The notes under the pieces: model-generated
Seen by the model: the letters and a program-made list of their open reading frames with translations, nothing else
Database searches by the model: none
What the model was told of the DNA's origin: nothing
In this document: piece after piece, positions 28,118 through 37,857 of the stretch
Layout: every line of letters starts with the position of its first letter
Numbering within the stretch: position 1 is the stretch's first letter
Position numbers and translations under genes: made by a program
Assembly (NCBI GenBank): GCA_018830005.1
Contig: JAHJTE010000001.1
Location: 577,332 to 641,331, forward strand
DNA: 64,000 nucleotides
Source: Candidatus Omnitrophota bacterium
Lineage (GTDB): Bacteria > Omnitrophota > Gorgyraeia > JAHJTE01
Direction of reading: 5' to 3'

Positions 28118-29287
28118 ATGAAAGAATCAAGGAAGTTCTTATTAATGGTTGCGGCATTCCTGGCATGTTTTTACCTGCCGGTTGAGCTTTTGCCTTTCAG
28201 AAATCCTATATTTGAGGCATTGGCGCTGGTTCGGTGGTACGCGAGAGAACATGTCTTGCTTTGCCTTGTACCCGCTTTTTTTATTGCCGGAGCTATTTCC
28301 GTTTTTGTCAGTCAGGCTTCAGTAATCAAATATTTCGGTGCTAAAGCTAATAAATTTCTTGCTTACAGTGTTGCTTCTGTTTCAGGGACAATACTCGCGG
28401 TTTGTTCATGCACTGTTTTGCCGTTATTCTCCGGTATTTATAAGAGGGGGGCTGGTTTGGGGCCCGCTACTGCTTTTCTCTATTCAGGGCCCGCAATAAA
28501 TGTATTGGCTATCATCATGACCGCCCGGATACTGGGCTGGGAACTTGGCCTTGCCAGAGCCGTAGGAGCGATCCTTTTTAGCGTTGCCATAGGGCTTCTC
28601 ATGCATTTTATTTTTATTAATGAAGAAAGGGTGCGCCACGCGACAGGCGATTTTGTTGCCGGTGATATAAAAGAGGGAAGGCCCCTCTTTCAAAATGCGC
28701 TATACTTTGCCTCCATGGTCGGATTCTTGGTATTCGCCAACTGGTCAAAGCCGGAAGGGGCCGCAGGGCTTTGGGCCGTTATTTACTCTGTAAAATGGTA
28801 TATTTCAGCGGGTTTTCTCGTGCTTATAGGTATAATGCTTGTCCGCTGGTTTAAAAAGGAAGAAATTACGAATTGGGTTTCCGCCTCATGGACATTTGCC
28901 AAGCAGATAATGCCGCTTCTGCTTGTAGGCGTAGTTGTAGCTGGATTACTTTTAGGACGGCCGGGACATGAAGGGTTTATCCCGTCATGGATAATCGCAA
29001 AAGCTGTGGGCGGTAATTCCCTACTATCTAATTTCCTTGCTTCAATTGTTGGTGCTTTTATGTATTTCGCCACACTTACTGAAGTTCCGATATTACAGGG
29101 CCTTATCGGTTCAGGTATGGGCAAAGGGCCTGCCTTAGCACTTCTTTTAGCCGGACCCGCGCTCAGTTTACCGAACATGCTTGTTATACGAGGTGTTATA
29201 GGCACAAAGAAAACCATCGTTTACGTCAGTCTTGTTGTGGTCATGGCAACGATAAGCGGAATATTATTCGGAGTTATTGTCAGTTAA
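28118..29287 (+). CDS. predicted permease (DUF318 family), frequent ars-operon member
   Basis: 389 aa, about 10 TM, two Cys-containing loops (AVCSCTVLPLFSG). Confidence 0.6.
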   Translation: MKESRKFLLMVAAFLACFYLPVELLPFRNPIFEALALVRWYAREHVLLCLVPAFFIAGAISVFVSQASVIKYFGAKANKFLAYSVASVSGTILAVCSCTVLPLFSGIYKRGAGLGPATAFLYSGPAINVLAIIMTARILGWELGLARAVGAILFSVAIGLLMHFIFINEERVRHATGDFVAGDIKEGRPLFQNALYFASMVGFLVFANWSKPEGAAGLWAVIYSVKWYISAGFLVLIGIMLVRWFKKEEITNWVSASWTFAKQIMPLLLVGVVVAGLLLGRPGHEGFIPSWIIAKAVGGNSLLSNFLASIVGAFMYFATLTEVPILQGLIGSGMGKGPALALLLAGPALSLPNMLVIRGVIGTKKTIVYVSLVVVMATISGILFGVIVS

Positions 29288-29300
29288 AGGAGGAATTGCT

Positions 29301-29582
29301 ATGAAGATTGAAATATTAGGAGTAGGGTGCCCTAAATGCAAACAGCTTACGGCGAACGCTGAGGCGGCTGTGAAAGAATTAAATATTCAAGCCGAGATTG
29401 GCAAGGTCACGGACATTGATAAGATTACCGAGTACGGTGTCATGATGACGCCCGGGCTTGCCATTGACGGCAAGGTGGTTTCATCCGGGAAAGTTCTCAA
29501 TAAGAATGAAATCAAATCAATCCTTTCAGGAGGCGGATGTGAGAAAAATAATTCAGGTTCTTGCGGTTGTTACGGCAATTAG
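29301..29582 (+). CDS. redox-active disulfide protein 2 (small thioredoxin-fold protein)
   Basis: MKIEILGVGCPKCKQL with CxxC. RBS AAAGGAGG. Overlaps the next gene in another frame. Confidence 0.65.
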   Translation: MKIEILGVGCPKCKQLTANAEAAVKELNIQAEIGKVTDIDKITEYGVMMTPGLAIDGKVVSSGKVLNKNEIKSILSGGGCEKNNSGSCGCYGN

Positions 29583-29958
29583 CGCTGGATCTTTCGCTTT
29601 TGGTCAATCAAGTCCGCAGGCGAAAGTCATCGCTTATTATTTCCACGGTTCATTTCGGTGTTTTACCTGTACCAACATGGAGAAATTCACAAGAGATGCC
29701 ATTGAGACGAATTTCAAGGACGCTCTTGCTTCAGGCAATCTTGAGTTTAAGGCGGTTAATGTCGAGGAGCGTGGCAACGAGCATTTTGTGGATGATTATA
29801 AGCTGTATACCAAGTCGCTCATTCTTTCGCTGGTCAAAGACGGCAAGGAAGTTAAATCAAAAAATCTTGATAAGATTTGGGAGCTTGCCCGCAATAAACA
29901 AAAGTTTATGGATTACGTGACCGGCGAGCTAAGCGAATTTATGAAGGACACACAATAA
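29539..29958 (+). CDS. secreted thioredoxin-like CxxC protein
   Basis: GTG start after GGAGG. Signal peptide (VLAVVTAISAGSFAFG) and a CFTC motif. Confidence 0.45.
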   Translation: MRKIIQVLAVVTAISAGSFAFGQSSPQAKVIAYYFHGSFRCFTCTNMEKFTRDAIETNFKDALASGNLEFKAVNVEERGNEHFVDDYKLYTKSLILSLVKDGKEVKSKNLDKIWELARNKQKFMDYVTGELSEFMKDTQ

Positions 29959-30644
29959 TGGAGTTGTTAATCGCTTTCGGTTCTGCTTTATGGCTGGGGA
30001 TATTGACTTCTATCAGCCCATGTCCTTTGGCTACAAATATCGCGGCGGTGTCATTTCTTTCAAAAAAGATTGCTCACCCATTTATGGTTTTCGTTTCAGG
30101 GCTTGGTTATACGCTGGGCAGGATGGTTGCTTATGCGGCGCTTGGATGGGTAATTATCAGTTCTCTTTTGAGCATTCCGCAGGCCGCGCAGTTTTTGCAA
30201 AAATATATGGTCAAAGCCTTGGGGCCTATTTTGATAATTACGGGTCTCATTTTATTGGAAGTTATTAAGCTTAAATTATCTGGATTTACGTTATCACAAA
30301 AACATCATAACAAACTCGTTGAATCCGGAGCGCCAGGGGCTTTTCTTTTAGGATTGATTTTCGCGTTAGCTTTTTGTCCGGTTTCAGCGGGGCTGTTTTT
30401 CGGCAGTCTCATTCCTTTGGCGCTCAATAGTGAAGTCGGGACATTATTGCCATTTGTCTATGGAGTAGGGACAGGTCTGCCGGTGCTTATATTTGCATTA
30501 GCTATTGCTTTAGGGGTTACCTCTCTGAGCCATTGGTTTCACCGGATCACGAAAATTGAATTTTACACTCGAAGAATTACAGGGATTATCTTTATTTTTG
30601 TTGGATTGTATTATTCCGGAATTCATATCCTGAAGTTATTTTAG
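29958..30644 (+). CDS. ccdA: cytochrome c biogenesis/disulfide transfer membrane protein (CcdA/DsbD family)
   Basis: [12 protein letters not shown] and AFCPVSAG conserved Cys motifs. 6 TM. Confidence 0.7.
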   Translation: MELLIAFGSALWLGILTSISPCPLATNIAAVSFLSKKIAHPFMVFVSGLGYTLGRMVAYAALGWVIISSLLSIPQAAQFLQKYMVKALGPILIITGLILLEVIKLKLSGFTLSQKHHNKLVESGAPGAFLLGLIFALAFCPVSAGLFFGSLIPLALNSEVGTLLPFVYGVGTGLPVLIFALAIALGVTSLSHWFHRITKIEFYTRRITGIIFIFVGLYYSGIHILKLF

Positions 30645-30657
30645 GAGAGAAGAATCG

Positions 30658-31737
30658 ATGGAGCATGTTATTCACGAGGAACGCCGGTTAGGCTTATTTG
30701 AAAAATATCTTACCGGCTGGGTTTTGCTTTGCATCGCGCTGGGAATACTACTTGGCAAAGTGTTTCCACAGGTCGCTGTCGCTCTCGATAGGATTTCGAT
30801 TTATCAAGTATCCATCCCCATCGCAATTTGTCTGTTCTTTATGATGTATCCCATCATGGTCAAAATTGATTTTGCCGAAGTTATAAAGGCAGGCAAGACC
30901 CCTAAGCCGGTAATTCTTACCCTCATTGTCAATTGGTGCATAAAGCCGTTTACGATGCTTATTATCGCATGGTTATTTCTGGGGTTATTGTTTAAAGGAT
31001 GGCTTCCGGGAATGGAGGTTGTAAAGGGAGGAGCCCAGGTAGAATTGTTCAGGTCTTATATTGCAGGATGTATTCTGCTTGGCATAGCGCCTTGTACCGC
31101 CATGGTATTAATCTGGGGACATCTTGCCAAAGGTAATGACGGCCATACACTTGTCATGGTAGCTATAAATTCCCTCACAATGCTGTTTCTTTATGCCCCA
31201 TTAGGCGGCTGGCTCTTAGGCGTAAACAAGATGCCTATACCATGGCAGACAATTGTTTTATCGGTGATTATTTATGTCGGGTTACCGCTGTTCTTAGGAT
31301 ACCACTCAAGAAAATGGATTATCGCCAAAAAGGGATTTAAATGGTTTGAAGAGAAATTTTTGCATTATCTGACGCCGATTTCAATAGGAGCGTTGCTTTT
31401 AACGCTAGTGTTGCTTTTCTCATTTAAGGGGGAGTTAATCATTAATCAACCCCAGGTTATCTTTCTTATCGCTATCCCACTTTTTATCCAAACATGTTTT
31501 ATTTTCGCCATAACATACGGGATGGCAAAATGGTTAAAGCTATCCTATAGGGATGCGGCCCCGTCAGCCTTGATAGGAGCGAGCAATCACTTTGAGGTAG
31601 CAATCGCTACTTCAACGATTCTTTTTGGATTTTCTTCGGGGGCGTCTTTAGCCACAGTTGTAGGTGTCTTAATTGAGGTGCCGGTTATGCTGATGCTGGT
31701 CAAAATTTGTTTAAGTACGAAAAGCTGGTTTGTTTAG
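30658..31737 (+). CDS. arsB: arsenite efflux transporter, ACR3 family
   Basis: [24 protein letters not shown]-terminus and overall 10-TM architecture of ACR3. Confidence 0.8.
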   Translation: MEHVIHEERRLGLFEKYLTGWVLLCIALGILLGKVFPQVAVALDRISIYQVSIPIAICLFFMMYPIMVKIDFAEVIKAGKTPKPVILTLIVNWCIKPFTMLIIAWLFLGLLFKGWLPGMEVVKGGAQVELFRSYIAGCILLGIAPCTAMVLIWGHLAKGNDGHTLVMVAINSLTMLFLYAPLGGWLLGVNKMPIPWQTIVLSVIIYVGLPLFLGYHSRKWIIAKKGFKWFEEKFLHYLTPISIGALLLTLVLLFSFKGELIINQPQVIFLIAIPLFIQTCFIFAITYGMAKWLKLSYRDAAPSALIGASNHFEVAIATSTILFGFSSGASLATVVGVLIEVPVMLMLVKICLSTKSWFV

Positions 31738-31750
31738 GGAAGGGGATACT

Positions 31751-32176
31751 ATGGATAAAAAGAAAGTTTTATTTATTTGTGTGCATAATTCAGCGCGGAG
31801 CCAAATGGCGGAGGCGTTTCTCAAAAAATACGGCGGAGATCGCTTTGAGGTCGAGAGCGCGGGGCTTGAGCCGGGCAAATTGAATCCTATAGTTGTTGAG
31901 GCCATGAAGGAAGCCGAAATTGATATATCGCAAAATAAGACCAAAAGCGTCTTTGATTTCTATAAACAAGGAAAACAATACGATTATGTAGTAACAGTCT
32001 GCGATGAGTCGCAGTCGGGCGCGTGCCCGGTATTCCCAGGCAAGGGTAAGCGACTTCACTGGGGGTTTGATGATCCTTCGGGATTTGATGGGTCGCGTGA
32101 AGAAAAATTGAGACAGACACGCGTAGTAAGAGATGCGATAAGAGATCGGGTCAAGACATGGCTTAGGGAGTTTTAA
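31751..32176 (+). CDS. arsC: arsenate reductase, thioredoxin-coupled LMW-PTP type
   Basis: [20 protein letters not shown] (CX5R P-loop) and a downstream Cys pair ([10 protein letters not shown]). Confidence 0.8.
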   Translation: MDKKKVLFICVHNSARSQMAEAFLKKYGGDRFEVESAGLEPGKLNPIVVEAMKEAEIDISQNKTKSVFDFYKQGKQYDYVVTVCDESQSGACPVFPGKGKRLHWGFDDPSGFDGSREEKLRQTRVVRDAIRDRVKTWLREF

Positions 32177-32284
32177 CGGTATAGTTCCCGCTAAAATCTC
32201 TGTTCTACAAAACCGAACACTTGTTCTATATCATAGAACACCCTGTCGCAAAACTTGCATACTTTTTGCGACAACACACTACCG

Positions 32285-32333
32285 TCATCCCCGCCCCCGC
32301 TTTCGCGGGGATAAACTCCAGCGGGGACCCATT
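32285..32333. repeat. intergenic structured repeat, copy 2
   Basis: GTCATCCCCGCCCCC-GCTTTC-GCGGGG-ATAAACTCCAGCGGGGACCCA. Same family as 15375-15447. Confidence 0.5.
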
Positions 32334-32471
32334 TGTCACAAATAATATGCACTTTTTGTGACAAAGTAACTCCTCATGCACTCGTACAAATTATCTATAT
32401 TTATCTATAACTAGTGATATTTTGTACAATTTCTGCAAAAAAGCCTTTCCAACCCACACCAAAGAAAACCC

Positions 32472-32519
32472 TTGACATTAATGTTCAGTTAGCGTATATT
32501 GTTCAGTAGTTACTGAACA
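32472..32519 (+). promoter_or_regulatory. sigma70-like promoter with a palindromic operator
   Basis: TTGACA 32472-32477, 17-nt spacer, TATATT 32495-32500. TGTTCAGT-agtt-ACTGAACA palindrome at 32500-32519, with an extra TGTTCAGT at 32482. Confidence 0.6.
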
Positions 32520-32538
32520 ATAAAAAGGAGTGAACATT

Positions 32539-33225
32539 ATGAATAACCATACAAATGGAACAAATATTTTTGCCGATAAGGCGACCATTATCTTAAGAAA
32601 AATGCTGTCTGATCCTGAAAAGAAATGGGTTACGCGCGACTTTACAGGTGATGACGGGGTAAGCCTTGGAATGGCGCAAGGAGCGCTTGAAGCCATGGAG
32701 AAGAAGGGTTATATTGAGCGGGTCAAACGCGGCCCCGATAGCCACGCACTTCTTACGAACAAAGATAAGCTTATCAGCGATTGGGTCGCAGAGTACCAAT
32801 TTGAATTAAACAAAGTCGATACCTATTATTCTCCGGACAAAAATATCTTATCAAAGCTTAAGGATTATCTACAAGATAAGTCATACGCGCTTACGCTTCA
32901 TTCCGGAGCCAATCTGATGACTTCCTTTGTAGCCACAGATCAGGTCTATCTGTATTTTTATCCTGAAGACTGGAATAAGGATATTCTCGAGTTGCGCCAA
33001 CAGCTTGATTTAAAGGAACTCGTAAGGGGCGGTAATGTTCATATTATCCGTCCGTATTACAAAATAAGCGCATTTTATGGCGCCCAGACAATAAAAGGAT
33101 ATAAGGTTGTTTCTAATTTGCAGCTTTATCTGGACCTCTACAACTTTAAACCTCGCGGCCGTGAGCATGCACAACACCTTAAAGAATATCTGCAAGAGAA
33201 GGGAAAGAATTTGTATGAATCTTGA
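32539..33225 (+). CDS. winged-HTH protein, AbiEi-like putative antitoxin/regulator
   Basis: ATG at 32539 eight nt after AAGGAG. N-terminal wHTH (KWVTRDF...LGMAQGALEAMEKKGYIERVKRG). Overlaps the next gene. Confidence 0.45.
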   Translation: MNNHTNGTNIFADKATIILRKMLSDPEKKWVTRDFTGDDGVSLGMAQGALEAMEKKGYIERVKRGPDSHALLTNKDKLISDWVAEYQFELNKVDTYYSPDKNILSKLKDYLQDKSYALTLHSGANLMTSFVATDQVYLYFYPEDWNKDILELRQQLDLKELVRGGNVHIIRPYYKISAFYGAQTIKGYKVVSNLQLYLDLYNFKPRGREHAQHLKEYLQEKGKNLYES

Positions 33226-34012
33226 GAAAATCGAAGCCGTATTTTTCAATGTGCTTGAAGATATAAGCGATTATCTTCCGGATCTCACCCTTGTTGGAGG
33301 GTGGATGCCGTATGTTTACTCAAATTATCTTTGGAAGAAATCAGTTCGCAATCCGGTAGTTACGGTTGACATAGATTTTGGCGTGGATGAATCTGTTAGC
33401 GGAAAATATCCAAAGACAATTTTTGAAACACTCTCTTCATTAGATTACAAAGAACGTCATCCGAAGATGGACAGGCTATTTCCTGTTGTGCTGTATAAAG
33501 AGAAAATCCCGGTAGAATTTATTACATATCCTGCCGTTGATATTAAGGCAATCGAGAAGATGGTCGGCCAGCAAATTCAGATAAACAAGATAGAAAAATT
33601 TGATTTTCTCTTAAAGCACAGGATTCCGGTAAGCATTCAAACTAAAAAAAAGAGCAAAACCTATACTTTGAATTGCCCGAGACCATCAGCTTTTTTATAT
33701 CACAAGGGCGCAACTTTTATTGATAGAGAGAACCAAGAGAAACAGGCCAAAGATTTATATTATATGTATTTCATTTTGCGCTATGCGCCTGATATTGATG
33801 TGATTTTGCAGGAAGTATCCCAGTATAAACAAAAGGGATATTTAGTAAATACCGCGGATAACATAAATAAATTTTTCGAAAGGGTCTCAAGCCAGGGCTG
33901 TCTTCTAATAGAGCAGGAAAACGGCCCCGACGAATTCATTCACGACGTGCGGCAGGATATTTTTGATAGATTTAAACGCCTAAGAGATGTATTGCAAGGG
34001 ACTATCAAGTGA
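33215..34012 (+). CDS. AbiEii/DUF1814-like nucleotidyltransferase (putative toxin)
   Basis: LVGGWMPYVY...VTVDIDFGV motif. Paralog of the 5010-5720 protein. ATG overlaps the upstream stop. Confidence 0.5.
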   Translation: MNLEKIEAVFFNVLEDISDYLPDLTLVGGWMPYVYSNYLWKKSVRNPVVTVDIDFGVDESVSGKYPKTIFETLSSLDYKERHPKMDRLFPVVLYKEKIPVEFITYPAVDIKAIEKMVGQQIQINKIEKFDFLLKHRIPVSIQTKKKSKTYTLNCPRPSAFLYHKGATFIDRENQEKQAKDLYYMYFILRYAPDIDVILQEVSQYKQKGYLVNTADNINKFFERVSSQGCLLIEQENGPDEFIHDVRQDIFDRFKRLRDVLQGTIK

Positions 34013-34698
34013 AAGTCTACGCCGTCGGAGATATTCACGGCGCTTACAAGGCGCTCATACAGTGTTTTAAGCGCTCAGAATTCGACTATAAGAAAGACCG
34101 CTTGATAGTGATGGGGGATGTTTGCGATGGGTATCCGGACGTTAAACAGTGCATCGATGAACTTTTGAAGATTAAACACTGCGATCTGGTCATTGGCAAT
34201 CATGATATGTGGGCGCTGGATTGGGCGCTTAAAGGTGATAAGCCGGAGATATGGACAAGCCAGGGCGGTGACCGGACTATGGCCTCTTATAACGGCGGTC
34301 CTATGCCGCAGGCGCATATTGATTTCTTGAAGAATGGCCAGCTTTGGATCGAACGCGATGAACAAATCTTTGTGCATGGAGGATTCAATACGGATCTATT
34401 ACTTAAAAGCCATAGCGTGGATGCTTTGGTCTGGGATAGAACCCTTCTTGATATGGCTTGGAAGATGGAAATAGCTAGCCGTAAACGTCAGTTAGGTAAG
34501 TATAAGGATATATTTGTCGGCCATACGACAACAGAGCTTTACAATACACTACAGCCGATTCATGTATGTAATGTCTGGAATATTGATACCGGCGCAGGCT
34601 GGTCAGGAAAACTTACGATTATGGATGTTGATACAAAGAAATACTGGCAGTCGGACTTATCACCGGATTTATATGGTGGGACGCCGGATAATTTGTAA
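34009..34698 (+). CDS. calcineurin-like metallophosphoesterase (PrpE/ApaH/lambda-PPase-like)
   Basis: VYAVGDIHG, GDVCDG and GNHD motifs. Confidence 0.7.
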   Translation: MKVYAVGDIHGAYKALIQCFKRSEFDYKKDRLIVMGDVCDGYPDVKQCIDELLKIKHCDLVIGNHDMWALDWALKGDKPEIWTSQGGDRTMASYNGGPMPQAHIDFLKNGQLWIERDEQIFVHGGFNTDLLLKSHSVDALVWDRTLLDMAWKMEIASRKRQLGKYKDIFVGHTTTELYNTLQPIHVCNVWNIDTGAGWSGKLTIMDVDTKKYWQSDLSPDLYGGTPDNL

Positions 34699-34799
34699 AT
34701 TTTATTCCGGACATTATTTCGGACATTTATCGGCCATTTCGGACAATTGAAAGATGAGCCTAAGGGGACATAAAAGGGACAAATAAGCAGGATCTTATT

Positions 34800-35360
34800 A
34801 TGAACTACTGGTGGACAGCAGATTATCACTTTTCGCATTTCAATATCATTCGCTATTGCGAGCGGCCTTTTAAAACGGCTGAAGAAATGAATAGGGTGAT
34901 TATCCGCAAACATAACGAGAGGGTGAAACCCGAAGATACGGTATTCTTTCTGGGTGATTTTATCTTTAAGGGCGGGAAAGAAGGCGGAGAAGAGAGGTAT
35001 CGTGAGTTTGAGAAGAAACTAAACGGGAAGTTTATTTTCATCAAGGGTAATCACGACCGTAACAACAGCCTTAAGACGATCATTACAAAGATGTATATTC
35101 ACTACGGCTCAAAGGATATCTGCATGACGCACCGTCCGGAGAATGCTGACCCGGACGTGCCGCTTAATTTCTGCGGCCATGTTCATCAGCATTACAAGAT
35201 AAAACGCCTGAATGACAAGTCCTTAATCGTGAACCTTTCGGTTGAGGTTTGGAATTATTATCCGGTCTCATTTAATGAGATAAGCTCCGCTGTTTCAGCG
35301 TTTAAGAGGGAAGAAAGAAAAGCTGAGGTGGTTGAGGCTAATACAGGACATAAAGAATGA
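34800..35360 (+). CDS. calcineurin-like metallophosphoesterase, small
   Basis: WWTADYHFSH, FLGDFIFKGG, GNHDRN and GHVHQ motifs. Confidence 0.65.
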   Translation: MNYWWTADYHFSHFNIIRYCERPFKTAEEMNRVIIRKHNERVKPEDTVFFLGDFIFKGGKEGGEERYREFEKKLNGKFIFIKGNHDRNNSLKTIITKMYIHYGSKDICMTHRPENADPDVPLNFCGHVHQHYKIKRLNDKSLIVNLSVEVWNYYPVSFNEISSAVSAFKREERKAEVVEANTGHKE

Positions 35361-35824
35361 CGAAAAAAACTTTTAGACATTCAGCAGGGTTTGGGAAAAG
35401 GATTGAATATTGGGTTATCGGCCTGATGCTTAAAGAAGGGATTGATGTTTATGTGCCTTTAGTCGATGATGATGCGATCGACGCGGTTATAAAGAAACCT
35501 GATGGAACGTTTATTGAAGTTCAAATAAAGGCAAGGTCTAAAACCGTTAAAATGGGAGATGGAGCTCTATTTGCGGCCATTACACATGAGGCGCGTAAAG
35601 ATTATTACTTTGTGTTTTATTCTGAACGCTTGGATACTTTTTGGATAATGTCATCAGAGGAATTCATTAAGGAATCTGTTCAAAATAAATCAGGCAAAAA
35701 TGCCGGATTAAGATCGATCTGGTTTAATGGTAAACGCAAAAATAAAGAAACAGGCGAGTACAAAGAACATATTCATGAACGTTTCAAAAAATATGTAGTA
35801 AAAGATTTCTCAAGATTTAAATAA
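35357..35824 (+). CDS. PD-(D/E)xK nuclease-fold protein, Hjc/Holliday-junction-resolvase-like
   Basis: GKRIEYWVIGLMLKEGIDVYVPLVDDDAIDAV...FIEVQIKARS follows the E..D-x-D..E-x-K arrangement of Hjc/Mrr-type nucleases. Confidence 0.4.
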   Translation: MTKKTFRHSAGFGKRIEYWVIGLMLKEGIDVYVPLVDDDAIDAVIKKPDGTFIEVQIKARSKTVKMGDGALFAAITHEARKDYYFVFYSERLDTFWIMSSEEFIKESVQNKSGKNAGLRSIWFNGKRKNKETGEYKEHIHERFKKYVVKDFSRFK

Positions 35825-35850
35825 ATTTTTGTGAGGAGAAGAGAAAATCT

Positions 35851-37857
35851 ATGACCATAAATTTTAAAGAAAGAGCAAATTTTATCTGGAGTATTGCTGA
35901 TCTTCTGCGAGGTGATTATAAGCAGTCGGAATACGGTCGGGTGATTTTGCCGCTCACGGTCCTGCGTCGCTTGGATTGCGTACTTGAACCAACAAAAGAG
36001 AAGGTTTTGTCGTATCTTCCACAGGTTAAAAGCTTATCCCCGGGAGCTGCTGAAACCGTTCTAAAGAAAAAGGCGAAGTTGTCTTTCTACAATAAGAGCA
36101 AGTTTGATTTTCGAAAGCTAATCGCTGACCCGAATGATATCGCCGCTAATCTCAGAAATTACATCAATGGGTTTTCCAAAAATGCCCGCAGTATCCTAGA
36201 ACACTTCAATTTTGATGACCATATTGAGCGGCTCGATAAATCTAACCTATTGTATATGGTTGTTAAGCGCTTTGCCGATGTGGATTTGCATCCCGAAGCA
36301 GTTGCTAATATTGAAATGGGTTATATTTTTGAGGAGCTTATCCGGAAATTCGCCGATCTTTCCAATGAGACAGCGGGGGAACATTTCACGCCTCGAGAGG
36401 TTATCAGGCTTATGGTTAATATCCTTTTTTTAAATGACAAAGAGATTCTTACAAAGAAAGGTATTGTTAAGACGCTCTTTGATCCTGCCTGCGGAACTGG
36501 CGGCATGCTTTCCGTGGCAGAAGAGTATCTGCGCGAGCTCAATCCAGATGCGGATCTGCGAGTGTTCGGGCAAGAGCTCAATCCTGAATCGTACGCCATT
36601 TGCAACTCTGACATGCTCATCAAGGGACAGAATACGGAGCATATCAAGTTTGGCAATTCCTTCACCCAAGATGGGCTTAAAGACGAAAAATTTGATTATA
36701 TGTTGAGCAATCCTCCTTTTGGCGTGGAGTGGAAGAAAATTAAAGACGAGATCACCAAAGAATATGAACAATTGGGTTTTTCCGGGCGTTTCGGTGCAGG
36801 GCTCCCGCGTATCAGCGACGGTTCATTTCTCTTTCTTCAGCACATGATTTCTAAGATGCGTCCGGAAGATGGCGGCGCACGGCTCGGGATTGTTTTTAAC
36901 GGATCTCCCTTGTTTTCAGGTGGGGCCGGAAGCGGTGAAAGCGAAATCCGCAAATGGATTATCGAGCATGATATGCTTGAGGCAATTATTGCCTTGCCAG
37001 ATCAGCTTTTTTATAACACAGGCATATCGACTTACATATGGATAGTTACCAATCGCAAAGAGAAAGAACGCAAAGGCAAAATTCAGCTTATCAATGCGGT
37101 TGAGTTTTTTGTCAAAATGGCCCGCAGCCTCGGGAATAAACGCAATGAAATTAGCGATGAGCATATCGCTAAAATTACTAAGATTTACGGAGAGTTTAAG
37201 CAGGGAGAATACTGTAAAATATTTCCCAATAAATATTTTGGCTATACGCGCGTAACAGTTGAGAGGCCTTTACGTCTTAATTTCCAGATATCCAAGGAGC
37301 GGATGGATAGGCTTAGCGAGCAGAGTGTTTTTATTAATCTCGCTAAGTCTAAGAAGAAAGGCAAAGCTGGTTTGAAGGAAGCTGAAGAAGGCGAAAAACT
37401 GCAAAAAGAGATTAAAACTATGCTTTCGCAGATGGACGCATCCAAGGTTTACAAGAACAGACAGCAATTTATAGAGGCTATTGAAGAAGCAATTAACAAA
37501 AGGGAACTTAAGGTCAAAGCGCCGGTTATGAAAGCCATCATGGACGCTCTTTGTGAGCGTGATGAAACTGCTGACGTTTGTTTAGATAAAGATGGAAAGC
37601 CAGAGTCTGATACAGAATTGCGCGATTGTGAAAATGTTCCCTTGCTTGAGGATATCGATGCCTATTTCAAGCGTGAAGTCCTACCTCATGTGCCGGATGC
37701 ATGGATGGACAGGAGCAAAGACAAGGTTGGCTATGAGATTAATCTTACCAAAGAGTTTTATAAATACAAACCGTTAAGGTCGCTTGAAGATATTCGCAAA
37801 GATATCCTGGCTTTGGAGAAAGAGACCGAAGGACTGATGGATCAGGTGTTGGAATAA
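35851..37857 (+). CDS. hsdM: type I restriction-modification system, DNA methyltransferase subunit
   Basis: N6-adenine MTase motifs FDPACGTGGML (motif I) and LSNPPFG (motif IV). 668 aa. Confidence 0.9.
   Translation: MTINFKERANFIWSIADLLRGDYKQSEYGRVILPLTVLRRLDCVLEPTKEKVLSYLPQVKSLSPGAAETVLKKKAKLSFYNKSKFDFRKLIADPNDIAANLRNYINGFSKNARSILEHFNFDDHIERLDKSNLLYMVVKRFADVDLHPEAVANIEMGYIFEELIRKFADLSNETAGEHFTPREVIRLMVNILFLNDKEILTKKGIVKTLFDPACGTGGMLSVAEEYLRELNPDADLRVFGQELNPESYAICNSDMLIKGQNTEHIKFGNSFTQDGLKDEKFDYMLSNPPFGVEWKKIKDEITKEYEQLGFSGRFGAGLPRISDGSFLFLQHMISKMRPEDGGARLGIVFNGSPLFSGGAGSGESEIRKWIIEHDMLEAIIALPDQLFYNTGISTYIWIVTNRKEKERKGKIQLINAVEFFVKMARSLGNKRNEISDEHIAKITKIYGEFKQGEYCKIFPNKYFGYTRVTVERPLRLNFQISKERMDRLSEQSVFINLAKSKKKGKAGLKEAEEGEKLQKEIKTMLSQMDASKVYKNRQQFIEAIEEAINKRELKVKAPVMKAIMDALCERDETADVCLDKDGKPESDTELRDCENVPLLEDIDAYFKREVLPHVPDAWMDRSKDKVGYEINLTKEFYKYKPLRSLEDIRKDILALEKETEGLMDQVLE

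Noticed and set aside
29561-29920. 119 aa alternate-frame ORF inside the secreted CxxC protein gene
   Set aside because: It is a frame shadow of the 29539-29958 gene and has no independent start signals.
32215-32226. GAAC-ACTT-GTTC read as an SOS (LexA) box that would tie the S24-HsdR to SOS regulation
   Set aside because: A single 12-mer match to a Cheo-type core is weak, and the lineage-specific LexA motif is unknown. It is kept only as part of the palindrome-cluster finding, not as an annotated SOS box.
33107-33214. Upstream extension of the AbiEii-like gene (MFLICSF...)
   Set aside because: It lies entirely within the upstream gene in another frame. The ATG at 33215 gives the classic overlapping toxin-antitoxin arrangement.
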